Assembly: GCA_002189035.1 (NCBI GenBank)
Contig: CM007989.1
Location: 1 to 64,000, forward strand
Direction of reading: 5' to 3'
Length of the DNA: 64,000 nucleotides
DNA from: Utricularia gibba
Taxonomy: Eukaryota > Plantae > Magnoliophyta
The position numbers were made by a program, and so were the translations under genes. Every line of letters starts with the position of its first letter. Positions within the stretch are counted from its first letter, which is position 1. A model generated the notes under the pieces. It worked only from the letters and a program-made list of their open reading frames with translations. It was not told the origin of the DNA and ran no database searches. Positions 62,325 to 64,000 of the stretch are shown here, piece after piece.

Positions 62325-62563
62325 AGTAGTGTTCCGGAATATTTCTCCGGATTATTTCTATTTTTCGAAAAATATAAAATAAAAGTAAAAATAATTTATA
62401 GAATTAAAGATGTTGATACTTTTAATTTTTAATGTTCATATAAATTAATTTTAAAAATATTTTTACTATAATTAAAAATAAAAATTGATTATGTTTCGTA
62501 CATAAATTATTTTTTTTATTTCAAAAATAAAAATAATCCGAAGAAATATTCAGAAACACTACT
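62325..62563. mobile_element. Non-autonomous MITE (about 240 bp) with about 45-bp TIRs and a TAA target-site duplication
   Basis: Left AGTAGTGTTCCGGAATATTTCTCCGGATTATTTCTATTTTTCGAA. The right arm's reverse complement is AGTAGTGTTTCTGAATATTTCTTCGGATTATTTTTATTTTTGAA. TAA lies at 62322-24 and 62564-66, around a very AT-rich core. Confidence 0.75.
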
Positions 62564-63301
62564 TAAAAGTCTTTATAAATAAAAGCAAGAACAAACCATC
62601 ACCTAAAACGGGTTAGAGTGTTGATGTGTTTACAAGTGAGTAGTTGTTTTTCCGGACGGTGGAGGGAGGAGCCGTGTAAATTTTGGCATTTAAGGCGAGG
62701 ACTTTGTGGAATAGATAAATTTTTCAACTTGCCCGTGTCGCCGCCCACGGCCTAAACCTATAAAACCGTCAGCTGTGAAATTCCATGGCCTCGACCCCAA
62801 GGAAACCTGGGGCGGTCGACTACAGCCGTGCGGATTCTGGATCACAAAACTTGGCGCGCAAGCCCTTGTTTTATAGCATTTCTCTCCTATTCTCCAGATC
62901 GCACATCCCAAGGTTTTCTTCTTCTTCTTCTTCTGTTTGATGTTGATCCTGCGAGCCATTTCGGAGTTTGATTCTGCATTTCAAGGTTCTGATTTATGCA
63001 TCTTTTTCTTCCACGATCGACTGTGTACGATTCTTCTTTTCTCTTGAGCACACATCACAAGATTTACGTCTGTTGGTTTTTTTCCCCATATAATTCCCAA
63101 CTATTCTTTGGCGATTAACGTTTCTTGTTGATTGCTGCCCAAGAAAACGTTTTGCGCAAGGTTCCTTCTCTTCTATTTTTCCTAGTCGGTCCGGTCCGGG
63201 CCGGTCTAACCTCTTGGCGACGTATCCTACTGTGCATACCGTTCATGCAAAACATTCGTCTCTAGTTCCTTATCGGAATAGTGGAGCATCGCCTGGTGCT
63301 C

Positions 63302-64000
63302 ATGGAATCAATCCCCCGTCAACAGTTCAGCTCTTTTATTCGGAAGCAGAGCACATCACTTGAAATTTCCGAGGAGGGAAGCAGCGGCATGTGTTCGCAA
63401 CCGCCTTTTCCGTTGCCCACGAATCAAGATTCTTCGCATCTTTCAGATTGCGAAAGTGGGACCTCCCTGGATGACACAAAAGAGATCGAGCCTCCCTTTC
63501 CCGGTACAGGTTTCACCAGAGTTGACAGTCGGGAAGCGTTGTACAAAGCAGTTGGGCTGAAATTCATGTCAGGGTTAAGTGTGTGTAGCTATGATGCTGA
63601 GATTGAAGCCATGTATCGGAACAATTTCTCCACCGTGATGAGCGAAGCCAGACTCCAGTCGTTTCAAATATATTTGAAAGCCATGAACACTAAACATGGA
63701 GGCAGTGCAAACGAGGTGTATGCTTGGTATGGCGCCTCTTCTACCGCAGAAGCTCGGGCCATAATCTTAAACGGATTCTCTTCCCCTGATGCACGTGAAA
63801 AGGGGATATACGGACAGGGGATTTATCTTTCCCCAACAGAGAAGCCTCTTAACAGGTACACCAAAACTTTTTTAACTTCCCACCTCCGCGTATGGCGGTT
63901 GCCGGATCTCTTTGCTTCCCCTCAATATAATACGACAATCACTATTGCTTTTTATTTGGTGCAGTTTGTTATCCGCTACTCCGGAGGCGGATGGCCGAAG
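63302..64000 (+). CDS. SRO-family (RCD1-like, SRO2/5 type) inactive PARP-domain protein, 5' part; truncated by the window end
   Basis: Open frame from ATG 63302: SDCESG...EARLQSFQIY.KAM..KHGGSAN.VYAWYG...GIYGQGIYLSP. Intron at about 63856-63964, then exon 2 LLSATPEADGR. The PARP catalytic His position is Tyr. Confidence 0.85.
   Translation, partial: MESIPRQQFSSFIRKQSTSLEISEEGSSGMCSQPPFPLPTNQDSSHLSDCESGTSLDDTKEIEPPFPGTGFTRVDSREALYKAVGLKFMSGLSVCSYDAEIEAMYRNNFSTVMSEARLQSFQIYLKAMNTKHGGSANEVYAWYGASSTAEARAIILNGFSSPDAREKGIYGQGIYLSPTEKPLNRYTKTFLTSHLRVWRLPDLFASPQYNTTITIAFYLVQFVIRYSGGGWPK

Overview
This window is the end of a plant chromosome with a compact genome. It opens with Arabidopsis-type telomeric repeats (CCCTAAA)n, which decay into variant units by about 432. 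Ten intron-rich protein-coding genes follow with almost no buffer: TRRAP/TRA1 (+, ATG about 770 bp from the telomere array), RIQ1/DUF1118 (-), cytosolic glutamine synthetase (-), a ZnT5/MTP12-N-terminus-like membrane protein (+), a zf-4CXXC/DDT/WHIM chromatin protein (+), APE1 (-), a ZRANB3-like SNF2-HNH translocase (+), a two-B3-domain REM gene (+), callose synthase 5 (-) and MPP10 (-). The 5' part of an eleventh gene, an SRO (inactive PARP-like), is cut by the window end. There is also a RING-CH gene remnant and a TAA-flanked MITE. I rebuilt the exon chains by hand and found eight -1 frameshifts in four genes, all in G/C homopolymers. This is most likely a long-read consensus artefact rather than biology. 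I also found an AT-AC U12-type intron, several GC-AG introns (including CalS5 intron 6) and two missing GT donors. I did not find convincing evidence of a wholly new biological system. The best leads are the telomere-abutting TRRAP, the non-canonical splicing and the frameshift pattern. Gene identities come from recalled family motifs, not from database searches.
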